This document shows positions 11,980-25,011 of a stretch of DNA of 64,000 nt, in pieces. Location of the stretch: assembly GCA_964016885.1 (NCBI GenBank), contig OZ024740.1, forward strand, positions 104,718,001 through 104,782,000. The letters are read 5' to 3'. A program made the translations under genes and the position numbers. Each line of letters begins with the position of its first letter. Position 1 is the stretch's first letter. Source of the DNA: Eledone cirrhosa. Lineage: Eukaryota. Under the pieces are notes generated by a model. That model ran no database searches, was not told the origin of the DNA, and saw only the letters and a program-made list of their open reading frames with translations.

Positions 11980-14058
11980 ATCATCATCATCATCTTCGTT
12001 TAACGTCCGTTTTCCACGCTAGCATGGGTTAGGCGGGAGTTGTCCCACTTGAGGCAAGGTTGGTCGGGTGACCGTGTCTCGCTCATATAGGACTATCTGG
12101 CGTGTTTTGTACGGCTGGATGCCCTTCCTAACACCAACCACATTTACAGTGTGGAACTGGGAACTTTTTACCGTGTTACCTACACGACCACATTACAGCA
12201 TGGACTCTGTGTTTTTTTTCTCGTGACACCTACATGATCTCAATCTCATTATCTCATTTATTTGGACTGGATGTTGTGGTACCAACTTTACAGAGAGAGG
12301 GTGGTGTTGGTGGGAGTGGGGGGATAGGGTTGGAGTAGTGGATTGGGGTGTATATTTGGTTAAGAGGTGCCTACTGACTGTAGGTTTCACTTTGTACATA
12401 GGCAAGGCGGGTCTTCTGTATTACTGCTTAGCGCCAAAGATCTCGGTCCAGTGACATTGCCTTAGAGAGGTGCAAGTGTGTAAGGTCGGAATTTATCAGA
12501 TCGTCCCAGGTTTTTCTGGGTCTACCTACTCCGTAACTACCATCAATTTTGATCGCCCTGCACATTTTTATACAGCTGTTGTCTTTCATGTGCATCACGT
12601 GACCATACCAACGTAGTCTTCTCTCATGTAAACAGCATCTGATCCCTCTTATTCCTAATTTCTTACTTAGTTCATTTATGCTTTGCCGTTCATGTATATT
12701 ACTATTACACATCCGATGGAGGATGCATGCTTCGTTCCTTACCAGTCTGCGCAGGTCCTCTGCATGTAATGCCCATGTCTCACTGCCATTTAGCATTGCT
12801 GTTCGTATACAAGCATCATACAATCTGCCTTTCATTTTTAGAGAGAAACCTTTTGTGGCCAACAGCAGTATAAGCTCTCTGAACTTTTTCAATCCCGTTC
12901 TGACTCTGGCTACTGCAATTTCAGAACACCCTCCACCACTGGTGATTTCGTCACCCAGGTAACGGAAAGTGTCTACTATTTCTATAGAACCATCTGGGCA
13001 ATAGAAGGAGCTAGTATCCTGTGTACACTTGCTACCTATTGCAACTGAGCATCAGCCACACATAAAGTCTACGTTCTTAAATAGTTTACCTATGATCCCA
13101 CTACATCTTTTATGTACCCATACTTTGCATTTGGGACATAAAATTGAATTTCTGCCTACTCCTTTCCTACACACTGAGCATGGCCATTTCCCTGAGGGTA
13201 CCTGTGCCTTATTTACCTTTCTACAAACTAGGACTTTAGTCTTAGACAAGTTAACTTTAAGGCCTTTTGATTCTAGGCCATGCTTCCATGTTTGGAATTT
13301 CTTCTCTAGTTCAGCCATCGATTCAGCTATGGGCGTTAGATCATCTGCGTATAGGAGTTCCCATGGGCAGCCGGTCTTGAACCCCTCTGTTATAGCATGA
13401 AGAGCAATAATAAATAGCTGGGGCTAAGGACAGAGCCTTGGTGAACACCAACTTTTACACTAAATTCTTCACAATATTCATTGTTAATTCTAACCTTACT
13501 GACTGTTTCATTATACATAGCTTGTATAGCTCTCACAAGCCATTCATCTACACCTAGTTTTCTAAGAGCCCACCAGATAATGGAGCGGGGGACTCTGTCA
13601 AAGGCTTTCTCCAGGTCTACAAAAGTTAAGTAGAGGGGTTTACTTTTAGCTAGGTACTTCTCTTCTAGTTGTCGTACAAGGAAAAGAGCGTCTGTGGTAC
13701 TTTTACCTGACACAAACCCAAACTGCATTTTATCTAGATCAATTCGCTCTCTGATTAGTTGCGCTATAACTCTTTCTGTGACCTTCATGACTTGGTCAAC
13801 TAACTTAATGCCTCTATAGTTTCCTCTATCTAGAGCATCTCCTTTACCCTTGTAGCAGTTAATGATGCTGCTGCTACGCCAGTCTTTGGTATGACCCCGC
13901 TCTGTGTTACTTGGTTAACTATACGGATGAACAAAGTATGTCCCACCATTCCAGATACCTTCAACATCTCTGCAACTATCTCCGAAGGCCCAGCTGCCTT
14001 GCCTGTCTTCATATCTTTGATTGCCTTACTTATTATACTACCTTTAACTTGCACTGCT
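11980..14058 (-). mobile_element. RTE-clade LINE, 5'-truncated, decayed RT
   Basis: ORF fragments GKAAGPSEI, QFGFVSGKSTTDA, FVDLEKAFDRVPR, GVHQGSVLSP, PWELLYADD, a PHD-like CxxC..WVHKRC segment and RLRWYGHVMHM. Confidence 0.92.
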
Positions 14059-14062
14059 ATAT

Positions 14063-14100
<38 letters not shown>

Positions 14101-15371
14101 TTTACGTCCGCTCTTCCCTGCTTGCAAGGATCTCTCCACTTGTCACGGTCCTTTGTCATCTCCACCGTGAGCTTCAGCGATCTGAGGTCTGTTCCAACCA
14201 CCTCCGCCCATGTTTTTCATGGTCTACCTCTACCACGTCTTCCTTCAACTGGCATTTCATGGCACTTCTTCACCCATCAGTCATCCTCCATGCGCATCAC
14301 ATGTCCATACCACCTCAGACTCCTCTCCCGTACACTACATTCTATACCTCTCAGACACAGTCTCTCTCTCAACACATTCATGCTGGGTCGTTCACACACA
14401 TTGACACTGCACATCCAACGGAGCATGCTTGCCTCATTTCTCTCCAACCGTCTCATATCCTCTGCAGTTGCTGCCCATGTCTCACTACCATGCAACATCG
14501 CGCTCCTCACACAGGCATCATATAACCGGTCTTTCGTATGCAGGGAGAAACCCTTCTTCGTCAGCAGAGGAAGCAGCTCCTTAAACTTCTTCCAACCTGT
14601 CCTTATTCTAGATACTATGGCCTCGGAAAACCCGCCTCCCATGCTAATCTGATATCCTAGATACCGGAAGCTATCCACCACTTCTATAGCACCCGCTTGC
14701 ATTTGAAAAATGTGTCTATCAATGCGACTTCTACTGTCTAATTTCCCTGTACATCTACTGCATACATATTTCTCCCTACCTGTTAGTTTGCCTGCTATCC
14801 CGCTACATCTCTTGTGTACCCAGGATCTGCATTGTGTGCACTGTATAGAATTTATGCCAGTTCCTTTTCTGCATATCGAACATGGCCATTTCCCTGACAA
14901 AATCAGAGTTTTGTCCTCTTTTCTACTCATCAACACTTTTGTCTTAGCTAGGTTCACTTTCAGTCCTCTTGCTTCCAACTGCTGTTTCCATAGCCAGAAT
15001 TTATTCTCTAGCTCCTCTACTGATTCTGCTATAAGAACCAGATTGTCAGCATAGAGAAGTTCTTCTGTTATGGCTTGGAGGACTATAATGAACAAGAGTG
15101 GGCTGAGGACCGAACCTTGATGTACTCCTACTTGTATCTGGAATTCCTCACTAAACTCCATTCCTACCCTGACTTTACTGACAGTACCTCTGTACAAAGT
15201 TTGCACTGTCCTCACAAGCCATTCCTCAACACCTAGCTTCCTTAGGGACCACCAGATGACAGATCGGGGTACCCTATCAAAGGCCTTCTCTAGGTTAACA
15301 AAGGCTAAGTATAGTGGCTTATATTTCTCTAAGAACCTCTCTTGCAATTGTCTCACCAAGAAGAGGGCATC

Positions 15372-15374
<3 letters not shown>
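14063..15374 (-). mobile_element. Second RTE LINE copy, 5'-truncated, with (GAT)n tail abutting the first
   Basis: 360-aa ORF 14277-15359 with RT motifs (YADN instead of YADD, with a small deletion); closely similar to the 41-43 kb copy. Confidence 0.92.
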
Positions 15375-15410
<36 letters not shown>

Positions 15411-15412
15411 AA

Positions 15413-15578
15413 ATCAAAAGATGGTTAAAAGAGTTCCATGTATTTTATTATGCGTATGCGCCTTTCAAAACCAAATATCATCATGGGATGATATTTGCGT
15501 TCTCATCATATAAAATAGGGAGACATGATATGAAGCTTAAAAAACACTTGCGAGCAGTGAAGTGTCAAATCAACATAT
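15413..15578 (-). mobile_element. Single-arm copy of the 11.4-kb hammerhead element
   Basis: Same sequence as 11397-11558 with more substitutions (HHR core reads ATGATGA); flanked by (TA)n on both sides. Confidence 0.8.
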
Positions 15579-15759
15579 ATATATATATATAATTCTCAGA
15601 CCGGGTGATGTGTTGTTTCCTTGAGCAAGACACTTTATTTCACATTGCTCCAGTTTACTCAGCTATAGAAATCCAGCTGTAGAAATCAACCCAGAATCAG
15701 CTCCTGTCCCACCCTTGCAAGCAGTGAAAAAGCGGATGTAAAAATGAAATGAAATGATG

Positions 15760-15794
<35 letters not shown>

Positions 15795-16532
15795 TATATA
15801 TACATAGAGAGAGAGAGATCAGGATTATACCAGTTAAAACTAGTTAGACCATAACTCAGCAGACTACTCGATACTTGGGATAGTAGAATATAAGTATCGT
15901 GGACAGTCAGAGCCCGACAGCTGAGCTCTTGCCGTTTTGACAGCAGTTTACTGTCGAAACAGCAAGAGCTCAGTTGTTGGCCATTGACTCTCTAATATAT
16001 ATATATTAGCAAGTTTAATATGTTGAGAGATCAATTTTATTATGTATGTATTACAAGAGTAAATATTTTGGTAAAGGAAGACTTTTGTCAACATTTCAAG
16101 CTCAATGTAATTCCACAATCAGCAAGATAAGATAAATCTTCTCATCACTGGTATAATTCATAAAAGTATTTAAGAATCTTTTTTCTTATTTTATCTTTAA
16201 CCCAAACAATAACCCTAACCTTAACATTAACACTAACTTATATAACACCACACTTTCATTTTACTCTATTTCTCTCTCTGTATTGTAAACAAGTGATAAC
16301 ATTTTTAATATCATTTAAATCCAGCGTCAGGTTTTTAACTGTATAATGTTTCTACTTTAGGCACAAGGCCAGCAATTTAAAGGGGAGGGGAAAGTCAATT
16401 AAATTGACCCCAGTGCATGACTGGTACTCTATTTCACCGACCCCGTAAAGATGAAAGGTAAAGATAACCTAGGCAGGATTTGAATTCAGAACATAAAGGG
16501 CCATAACTCTAATGATAATAAATATATATATA

Positions 16533-16737
16533 TGAGAGTCAGCTAAAAAGTTCATAGGCTGACCAACATACTCTCATGGAATGTCCAAATGAGATTTATT
16601 TTTCAACATAGTCCCTGGAAAGAAACAATGCAGTTATTAATAAGAAGAGGAAAAGAGTTGAAATTAAGCATGCAAGATTTCACAGCTCTGGTATCACTCC
16701 TTCATAGTCAGCCTATGAACCTTTCAGCCACCCCTCA
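16533..16737. mobile_element. Mariner-derived MITE of about 205 bp
   Basis: TIRs gagagtcagctaaaaagttcataggctgac / gtcagcctatgaacctttcagccacccctca with TA flanks; other copies at 21911-22108, about 60655-60741 (partial) and about 61195-61334. Confidence 0.85.
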
Positions 16738-17035
16738 TACCATCTTTATGGGATCGATAAAATAAAGCACTAGTAATGTACTGGGATATTTGTTGGCCTT
16801 GTTATCATATTGTTGTAGTAATGTTTAAGATTTCCTTTTGAATTTTATCAGGTCACTGAGGATACATGTTAAATTGAATGAATTAATGCTCAGATTATAA
16901 TGAATAGATATATTTCTACATACTAAAAGTGGAGCTTAAGTAGAATTCTTGTCATTTCTTTTGTTCTTTTTACTCCAGTTGAAATATTTGTAAGATAAAT
17001 CTTAAATTTTTTCATCATCATCCTCGTCTATCTAT

Positions 17036-17084
<49 letters not shown>

Positions 17085-17087
<3 letters not shown>

Positions 17088-18169
17088 GGGGTGCTGAAAA
17101 GTTCCTGACTTTGGATAAAAGAAAATACAAGAGGATCAGTTAATTATGATTTTATTCAACATATTCCCCTCTCTGACTCATTGCAGCAGTCCTTCAGTTT
17201 TTCTAAGCCCTGTAAAAAGAACTTGGAAGGCTGAGCCTCCAACCAGGCCTCTGGAATCGGAGTGAAATTTCATTCCCTTGAGATGTTTCTTCAGTTGTGG
17301 AAAGAGGTGATAGTCAGAGGGAGCCAAATCAGGAGAGTAAGGTGTGTGTTCTCCTAATTCCAAGCCATTGTCCTGCAAAAACAGGACACCATGGTTCAGC
17401 TTTCCATGGCATTTCTGCTTCAAAGTTTCACACAGTTCGTCCAACAGGGACATGTAGTATTTTGCGTTGATGATGCAATCCTCCTGGGTCTGAAACTTTT
17501 TGGGATGCGGTGAACTGCTGTAGAGCCACTCCATTGATGAAGCTAACTTTCATCGATGGTGACGAAACGAGCCATAAAATCAGCCATGATGTAGTCACTC
17601 TGATGCAATTCTGATCTGCATTCAGGCATTGTGGCACCCATTTTACGCTAAGGTCTCTCATGTCCAGAATGTTGTGGATGATATGGTCAACTCTTTTGCA
17701 GGAAATCCCCAGAATCTCAACCTTGACTTTAGCGGAAATACTGCGGTCCTCAAGAATCATGACGTGCACAACATTGGCTTTGTCCTCTATGGTTGCAGAA
17801 GTTTGCTGTCCTGACTGGGGTTCATCTGTGACCTCGAAATGACCAGTCCAAAACCTTGACACCCAGATTTTTACTGTGGAGCAGGATTGGCAACCACCCT
17901 TCAAGACTCACTTCATCCCACCATGGATTTCTGCCATTCCTTTGTTTTGCAAAAAGAGGATATTCATGACTGTCCATGCTTCAATTTTACCTAAATCCAC
18001 CATAGTAGCTGCCATCATGCATCAAATCTCAAAAAAGAGAAAGATATATTGTATACCATCTTGATTTTTTGCATATCTTCTCCTAAATAGTTGTCCTATC
18101 TCCCCTGTAAAAGTAATAGCTCTACCCTTTCAGGATACCCTTAAAGCCAGGAGCTTTTCAGCAACCCCT
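17085..18169 (-). mobile_element. Decayed mariner transposon
   Basis: TIRs ggggtgctgaaaagttcctgacttt / aaagccaggagcttttcagcaacccc; peptides KWVPQCL, LFLQDN, PYSPDLAPSDYHLFPQLK. Confidence 0.9.
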
Positions 18170-18226
18170 ATATATATCATCATCATCACCGTTGAGCATC
18201 TATTTTTCCATGCTTGCATGGGTTAT

Positions 18227-18266
<40 letters not shown>

Positions 18267-18456
18267 GGTTTCCAGCTAGAATCAGTTCTGTATGAGCAAG
18301 ACATGGTCATCTGATTTGGCTTATCTCACAATGGGACAACTTGTCTAACCCATGGAAGCATGGAAAAGGGGCATTAAACAGTGATGATGATGATGATCTA
18401 TATATATATATATATCATCATCACTGTTTAGCGTGTGTGTATGTATTATATATATG

Positions 18457-18495
<39 letters not shown>

Positions 18496-18537
18496 ATTAT
18501 ATATATATATATATATAATACTCACACACACACACAT

Positions 18538-18582
<45 letters not shown>

Positions 18583-18649
18583 AATGAAGTAATTCCGTTG
18601 GAAAAGTCCAGGAAAAAAGAGTGCTCTATGTATGTAACAGAGCTTAATT

Positions 18650-18892
18650 ATTATTATGTAATAAACAACATAAGGCAATTATTCCATTTACCAGTGGTTT
18701 CTTAAAAGCAAAAGATTTTGCTTCCAATCCTCAGAATGAAAAAATCCTGGTCTGTTTATTGAAATTGGTTTTTTAAAAACCAATTTCAATAAACAGACCA
18801 GGATTTTTTCATTCTGAGGATTGAAAGCAAAATCTTTTGCTTTTAAGAAACCACTGGTAAATGGAATAATTGCCTTATGTTGTTTATTACAT

Positions 18893-18898
<6 letters not shown>
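18650..18898. repeat. Near-perfect palindrome (about 124-bp arms) carrying hammerheads on both strands
   Basis: Centre at about 18774; one mismatch seen; right arm runs directly into a long (TA)n tract. Confidence 0.95.
18807..18866 (+). ncRNA. Type-I hammerhead ribozyme
   Basis: tttcatt-CTGAGGA-ttgaaagcaaaa tc ttttgcttttaa-GAAA-ccactgg-TA-aatggaa. Confidence 0.85.
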
Positions 18899-18957
<59 letters not shown>

Positions 18958-19350
18958 CATACATATTCCTTAACACCCATATACAGATATCAACATTTAA
19001 ACATCACCAAATATATGTAGACACACAATCACACAGACATACATTCACACACTCACATACATTCTACACACACATTAATGTATGTCAGTAGGAAAAAGTC
19101 CCACCAGAAATTTTTCTTCCTCCATTTTTTGTTTTATATTTCAACAATTAATTTATTAATTTGTCATATTTGTTAATTACTGGAAATTGAATTATTTAAT
19201 TAGAACATTAAATAATTAGTAGTCTAGAATAATGTGATGACAAACTAAATTTATCCTTTGAAGATTTAGTTAAGTGAATTGTTCAATAACTTCTGAGAAT
19301 TTTCGGTACAGGATGTACCCAACATCTTAAATAGTTCTATATTTCTTCTG

Positions 19351-19665
19351 GTGGCTACTGTTCTTGTTGGTGCTGCTGTTCTTGTTGTTGCTGAAGTGTT
19401 TGTTGTCGATGCTGCTGTTCTTGTAGTTGCTGTTGTGTTTGTTGTGGATGCTGGTTTTCTTGTTGCTGCTGTGTTTATTATGGATGCTGCTGTTGTACAT
19501 GTTGTTGCTGTTGTTTTTGTTGTTGCTGTTGTTTTTGTTGCTGCTGTGTTGGTTATTGCTGCTGTTCTTGTTATTGCTGCTGTGTTTGTTGTTGCTGCTG
19601 TGTTTGTTGTTGTTGTTGCTACTATTCTTGTAGTTGCTACTGTGTTTGTTGTTGCTGTTGTTCTT
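19351..19665. repeat. Degenerate roughly 18-bp GTT/GCT-rich minisatellite
   Basis: Units such as gttgttgctgctgtgttt; gives low-complexity ORFs in several frames. Confidence 0.85.
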
Positions 19666-20117
19666 GATGATATTAACCCTAGGTCAGTCAATCCTGACCA
19701 AGCTGACCTATGATCAAAGGTATTTCCACCACAATCTTTCCATCTTTCTGTGCACCATAATATATCTGGGATTACATTACTCAATATGTCCATCATTTTT
19801 AAGATGATAGGCTATGATTTGAAATAGATTAAGACAGAAGTACATGACTTTGGGACCCCTTTCAAAATATATTATTCACATACCCATACTTTTTGAAACC
19901 CCGTCATAATATTTATCTAATATTCTTCCAACTAATTTTAGATAAGAACAGTAACTTTATTAAATCAGCCCACCATTTTTTTCTAGAATTTATTACTCTA
20001 CAATTATCTTCTTTCAAATCTACCAACTCTTCTTCTCAACTAGCAATTGGATTTAATGCTACATAGAGGATCCATATAAGTGGTTAATAGCTTCTGCTAT
20101 CTAGGTGATCTAATTAG

Positions 20118-20682
20118 CAATGGAGGAGGGTACTGCAAGATCTTAAAGCTAGAATAAGTATAGGATGGAAGAAGTTTAGAGAGTTACTCCCACTGTTGAC
20201 AACAAAAGGCTTCTCCCTATGTACAAAAGGACAGCCATATGACACCTGTGTAGTAGTGAAACATAGGCAGTGACTGTAGAGGACATGTGTAGGCTGGAGA
20301 GACATGAAGCAGCCATGCTTTGTTGGATGTGCAATGAGGGAAAGTGAGAGCTTGGATGAACTGAGGGAGAAACTGAGTTTAAGATGAATCTGAAGTGGTG
20401 TGAAAGAGAGAAGACTGCATTGGTATGGGCATGTGATACACATGGATGATGATCACTGAGTGAAGAAGTACCAGGTAATCCCACTGGAAGGAAGCTGCAG
20501 TGGAGGTAGACCAAGGAAGACTGGATTTAGGTGATGAGAACTGATCTCAAATTGCTGAGATTCACAGAGGAAATGATGAAGGAAGGTGGTGAGAGGAGAG
20601 ATACTGTGCTGAAAAGGACCTGTCCAACCCATGCAAACGTGGAAAAATGGATGTAAAAACAATGATGATGATGATGATGATG
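20118..20682 (+). mobile_element. RTE LINE 3' fragment
   Basis: GWKKFRELLPLLTTKGFSL, RLHWYGHV, GRPRK motifs; (GAT)n tail. Confidence 0.85.
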
Positions 20683-21910
20683 CCACTGTCCACTCATTTT
20701 AACTAACCCAATTACGATGGGTTTTGGTAGCTTTAATGATTATAATGTTGGTTATTGTTATTATACCTATTAACTTTCCTCGTCTTCTGGCTTTTGCCCA
20801 TCACAATATTACATATATTCCTCAATACTATATCTGGTTTGTTTTTTATCTATAAGCTTTCTCTACCTATCACACATTTCTTTTTATAACAAACTTATAT
20901 GTAATTTTTCACATTTTTACCGACTTTATATTTATTTTATTTTATTCCCACTAGTTACAAATAAGAGCAATAACCTCTCTAAGCTATTTCACATTACTTG
21001 AGCTGTTAATCTATAATTATCTTTCTTCAGGCCTACCAACCTACTCATCTCTCCAACTGGATTAAATGCTATCATCACTGTCCATGTGATTTAACTCTTT
21101 CATAACAATATTTCTAATTACATACGCTGCCTATGAGCTTCAATTAATTTCGAAAATAACCAAAAATTTGAAAGAAATTAATAAGATAACTAAGTTTTTC
21201 ATTAGTAAGTTGATATTTAGAACATTACTTATCAAAAAATTCTAAAATATAATTATGTTGAAAGGTTTTAATATAAGGATAAATATTTAAAAATAAACAG
21301 TTTATATTCTAAATCTAGGAAAATTTCATGTGGTTTTGCATCATATGGGTTAACCATCATGAAATTCCAGAGAATGGCATCATTAATGAGAGTAATAATT
21401 ATTATAATCATTGTTGTTGTTGCTTTTAACTTCACTTATGATTCTGTCTGCCACTACTTTGACCATCCCTGATAATTATCTATATTTTCTTTCTTTGTTC
21501 TAAACTATCACATGTGTACATTTTAATGTTCTACTTCATCCATCATGTTCTGATCAATCTTTTATAATATAATATTTATTTAACCCCCCCCCCCCCCCCC
21601 CCCGCAAGAACAACAATCTTTCACTTATTGACCTTTTTAGTCATTATTATTCTATAATCCTTCCAAGGTTAACTTTGCCTTTCATCCTTACGGGGTCGAT
21701 AAAATAAAGTACCAGTAATGTACTGTGTAATTGCTGGTCTTGTGCCAAAAGTAGAAACAATTATTCTATAACATTTTCTCTTCATGTCTAACAGTCTATT
21801 AATCTCTTCAACTGACAGTTTTACTATGCTTTGGGTAGCTTTAAACAATAATAGTTTAACTTACCTTCAGTTTTTGTCTGTCCAATGATATTTCACTCCA
21901 CCTATTTGTA

Positions 21911-22108
21911 CGAGAGTCAACTGAAAAGTTCATTGGCTGACTATGAAGGATTGATGCTAGAGCTGTAAAATCTTGCTTGTATTTATTTCAGCACTTCTTA
22001 TTAATAATTGCATTATTTCTTTCCAGGGATTATGTTGAAAAATAAACTTCATTTGGTCATTCAATGACAGTATCTTGGTCAGCCTATGAACTTTATAGCC
22101 GACCCTCA
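21911..22108. mobile_element. Mariner-derived MITE, inverted relative to the 16533 copy
   Basis: Same TIRs and internal sequence; TA flanks. Confidence 0.85.
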
Positions 22109-23209
22109 TATTTAATTATCCAGTGTGTTCTTTCTCCAAGATGGTATGGTATGATTTTCAAGGAGATTTAGTTGCTGCTTTTAGCAGCTCAAATGCGATG
22201 TCTTGTTGTGTATCGTATGACATATAGTGGAGTTTAAAGTGGTGCACTCTTTGTCTTGTCAACTGAGTAGAATATAGTTTGCTAAGGAGATCTAATAACA
22301 ACCAAACAAGTCTATTGCTTTCATTGGTTTTAAAGAACAGATCCACTTTAATCTCTATGGTCCATATTGCCAAAAGATTTTGATCAACTGATCTTATTGG
22401 AGTTATCTTCCTTGTATGTTTTTATAGACTTTAAACATCTCCGTCAGGAGGTTTTTGTCTACTAATTGTTACTCACTTCAGTTGATCAAATCTTTTCACC
22501 TCACTATATTACATATGTGGGAACCTATTTGAGGGCATTCTAAACATTTCACATTGGTAACATTCTTTTTTTTAAAAATACATTTTTTTAAATTATATAT
22601 TAAGTTTTATTAGTAACATGAAATTAATAAACAAGTAAATATTTTATCATATGTTAAAAGTACATGTTTAATCACAGCATTGTCAAATCTGAAATATATT
22701 TTATTTTCAAATATTCATAAAGATTGATTAGATCTGACTTAATCTTCTGACATATCTAGATATTATTCGTGACATTGTAAAATGTGACGCAGTTTCAAAA
22801 CCCTTGTGTGTGTGTGGTGTGTGTGTCCTGTGTGATTTGCTGTGATGTGTGTGCGTCTATGTGATTTGGTGTGATGTGTAAGAGGAGTGGTCTGGTGTAT
22901 GATACTAACAGTTGGGATCTTGTTTGTGGTGATAAGAGGTATGGTGCTCATGAATCTGGTTTTGTGAGATACTGACTTAATGAAAAATGACCATGATATT
23001 ATCTTCAAATAGGGACATTACAATCTAATCTCTTTGAATAATACAAAGGCACTACACATATCAAGGAGAAAATAATTTTTTACCTCATTGTTTTTACATA
23101 TGAATAATACATAACAAAATCTTTGAAGTTGCTACAAATCACACAGGGTAGCTAGATGAATTTCATAAAAAGCTGGCACAAATTTTTCCATATATATCGT
23201 CTCTTACGT

Positions 23210-23857
23210 GAAGAAATACCTATGATTCCTAGTAGACAACTGATGACGGATAGTCCTCTCTCTCGCCCGTAACTTGTATTTTTTTTATTATACTTAATTG
23301 CAACAACACAGCTCGCCATTTTGATTTATATAAGCTTCCCTCTTTGCTGTAACCCGTCTTTTTTCTCTCCCCTTGCTGCTATCCTGCCTCTCTCTCCTTC
23401 TCCGTCTTACTTTCGCTCACTCCCTCTGCTAGTCGCCTCTCGGCTATCCTCCCACTATAACTATCTCTTTCGCGCTTCCTCGCCCTCTCACTCGCTCCTC
23501 TCTGCTAGTCATTCTCTCTCCGCGCTAGCTAACTTCCTCCATCGTCCAGCACTGTACGCTAACACTGCTATGGTCTAGGCGTGCCTTTTGTCTCTCATCC
23601 AAATTTGCCCGTTCTTATGTTCAAAATGAGTTATTAACTTGATATTTTTCCTAATTTTCCTCTCTTTACGTTGCTTCACCATTTGTGTCTGTTTACATGT
23701 TTTTCTCTCCCCCCCCCCCTTCTTTTATCCCAATAACTTATTTTAGTTATTGACTCGCCCTAGGCTGAGGTACATTGTCTCTAACGCAAAGAAATACCTA
23801 TGATTCCTAGTAGACAACTGATGATGGATAGTCCTCTCTCTTGCCCGTAACTTGTAT
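23210..23857 (+). mobile_element. Element bounded by about 70-bp direct repeats containing a hammerhead-like core
   Basis: aagaaatacctatgattcctagtagacaaCTGATGAyggatagtcctctctctygcccGTAActtgtat at about 23211-23279 and 23789-23857; pyrimidine-rich non-coding interior. Confidence 0.55.
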
Positions 23858-24187
23858 ATTTCTATTATCTGTTGAATAAGCACATTTTGCTTGGGAATTA
23901 TTCTTTTTGAAGCTTGTCAATCTGACATCTTTGTTATTAAACTTTTGATATAAAATGTTTCACAAAATTCACTACACTATGTATATAGTGCAGTAAAATT
24001 AGGAGGACTCTTCAGTTTGTCTCAAAAAACACAACTTCTCTACACTTAATATGACCATATGCAAATACAGACCCCTTAGCCTCTCTGGGAGATCTGTAGC
24101 ACCGTTTCAGTACTGACTAGGGCTGTGTAGACCTGTCCAACCCTTGATAGCAGGGAAAGCAGATGTTAAATGATGATGATGATATGC

Positions 24188-24236
<49 letters not shown>

Positions 24237-24238
<2 letters not shown>

Positions 24239-24900
24239 CAAACAAATAGTTTATCGCTCTACATGGCTGAATACAAGAAATATAATCAGAGTTTTTCCAA
24301 TATTAATAATAATACTCAATTCGTTCGCAATTTCTTTAAAGCAATGTCAGTAGAATGACACAATCATTCTTGCTTTTGTGTTGACATGTAAACAGAACTG
24401 CAGACACTAATGTTTCTGGGTGATTACCCTTCATCAGTACAGTATACTGCTTACTTGCCAACTGTCAGAGCTAGTGAAAATATATGATATTTTCTAAAAT
24501 ATACAGTGACTGATTGGCCTGATTTGCATATTAGCATATATATATATATACATAAAAAAAAATTTTTTTCACTCTACATGGCTGAATACAATAAATGTAA
24601 TCTGAGCTTAATATTCGATTTGTTTGCAATTATGCAAACAAGCCTCATTTTTAAAGCCATGTCAATAGAATGAATCCCTCATTCTTGCTCGTGTTTTGGC
24701 ATGTAAACAACTGCAGACACCTAATGATTCTGGGTATCACCCTTCATCAGTATAGTTCACTGTTCACCTGCCAACACAAGAGCAAGAATGAGGGGTTCAT
24801 TCTACTGACATGGCTTTAAAAATGAGGCTTGTTTGCATAATTGCAAACGAATGGAATATTATTATTAATATTCAAAAAACTCAGATTACATTTATATATA
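24237..24900 (-). mobile_element. Tandem plus inverted hammerhead-bearing repeat cluster
   Basis: Two related units of about 230-300 bp (24237-24470 and about 24560-24775), each with an HHR, followed by an inverted partial copy (about 24776-24900); (TA)n flanks. Confidence 0.75.
24396..24443 (-). ncRNA. Type-I hammerhead ribozyme with a canonical GUC cleavage site
   Basis: Minus strand reads actgta-CTGATGA-agggt aatc accca-GAAA-cattagtg-TC-tgcagt; the second copy at 24709-24757 has GAAT. Confidence 0.85.
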
Positions 24901-24903
24901 CAT

Positions 24904-24975
<72 letters not shown>

Positions 24976-25011
24976 TTATATATATATATATATATTATAT
25001 ATATATATATA

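Noticed and set aside
13891-14652. 253-aa plus-strand ORF with poly-His
   Set aside because: Antisense reading of two RTE copies and the (CAT)n tail.
19266-19796. 176-aa Thr/Ala-rich mucin-like ORF
   Set aside because: Produced by a GTT/GCT minisatellite that is open in several frames on both strands; its N-terminal part overlaps a dispersed repeat.
21865-21901. 37-nt minus-strand exon (WSEISLDRQKLK|gtaagt)
   Set aside because: Good donor, but the acceptor lacks a pyrimidine tract and abuts a MITE and repeat-like sequence; not supportable without RNA data.
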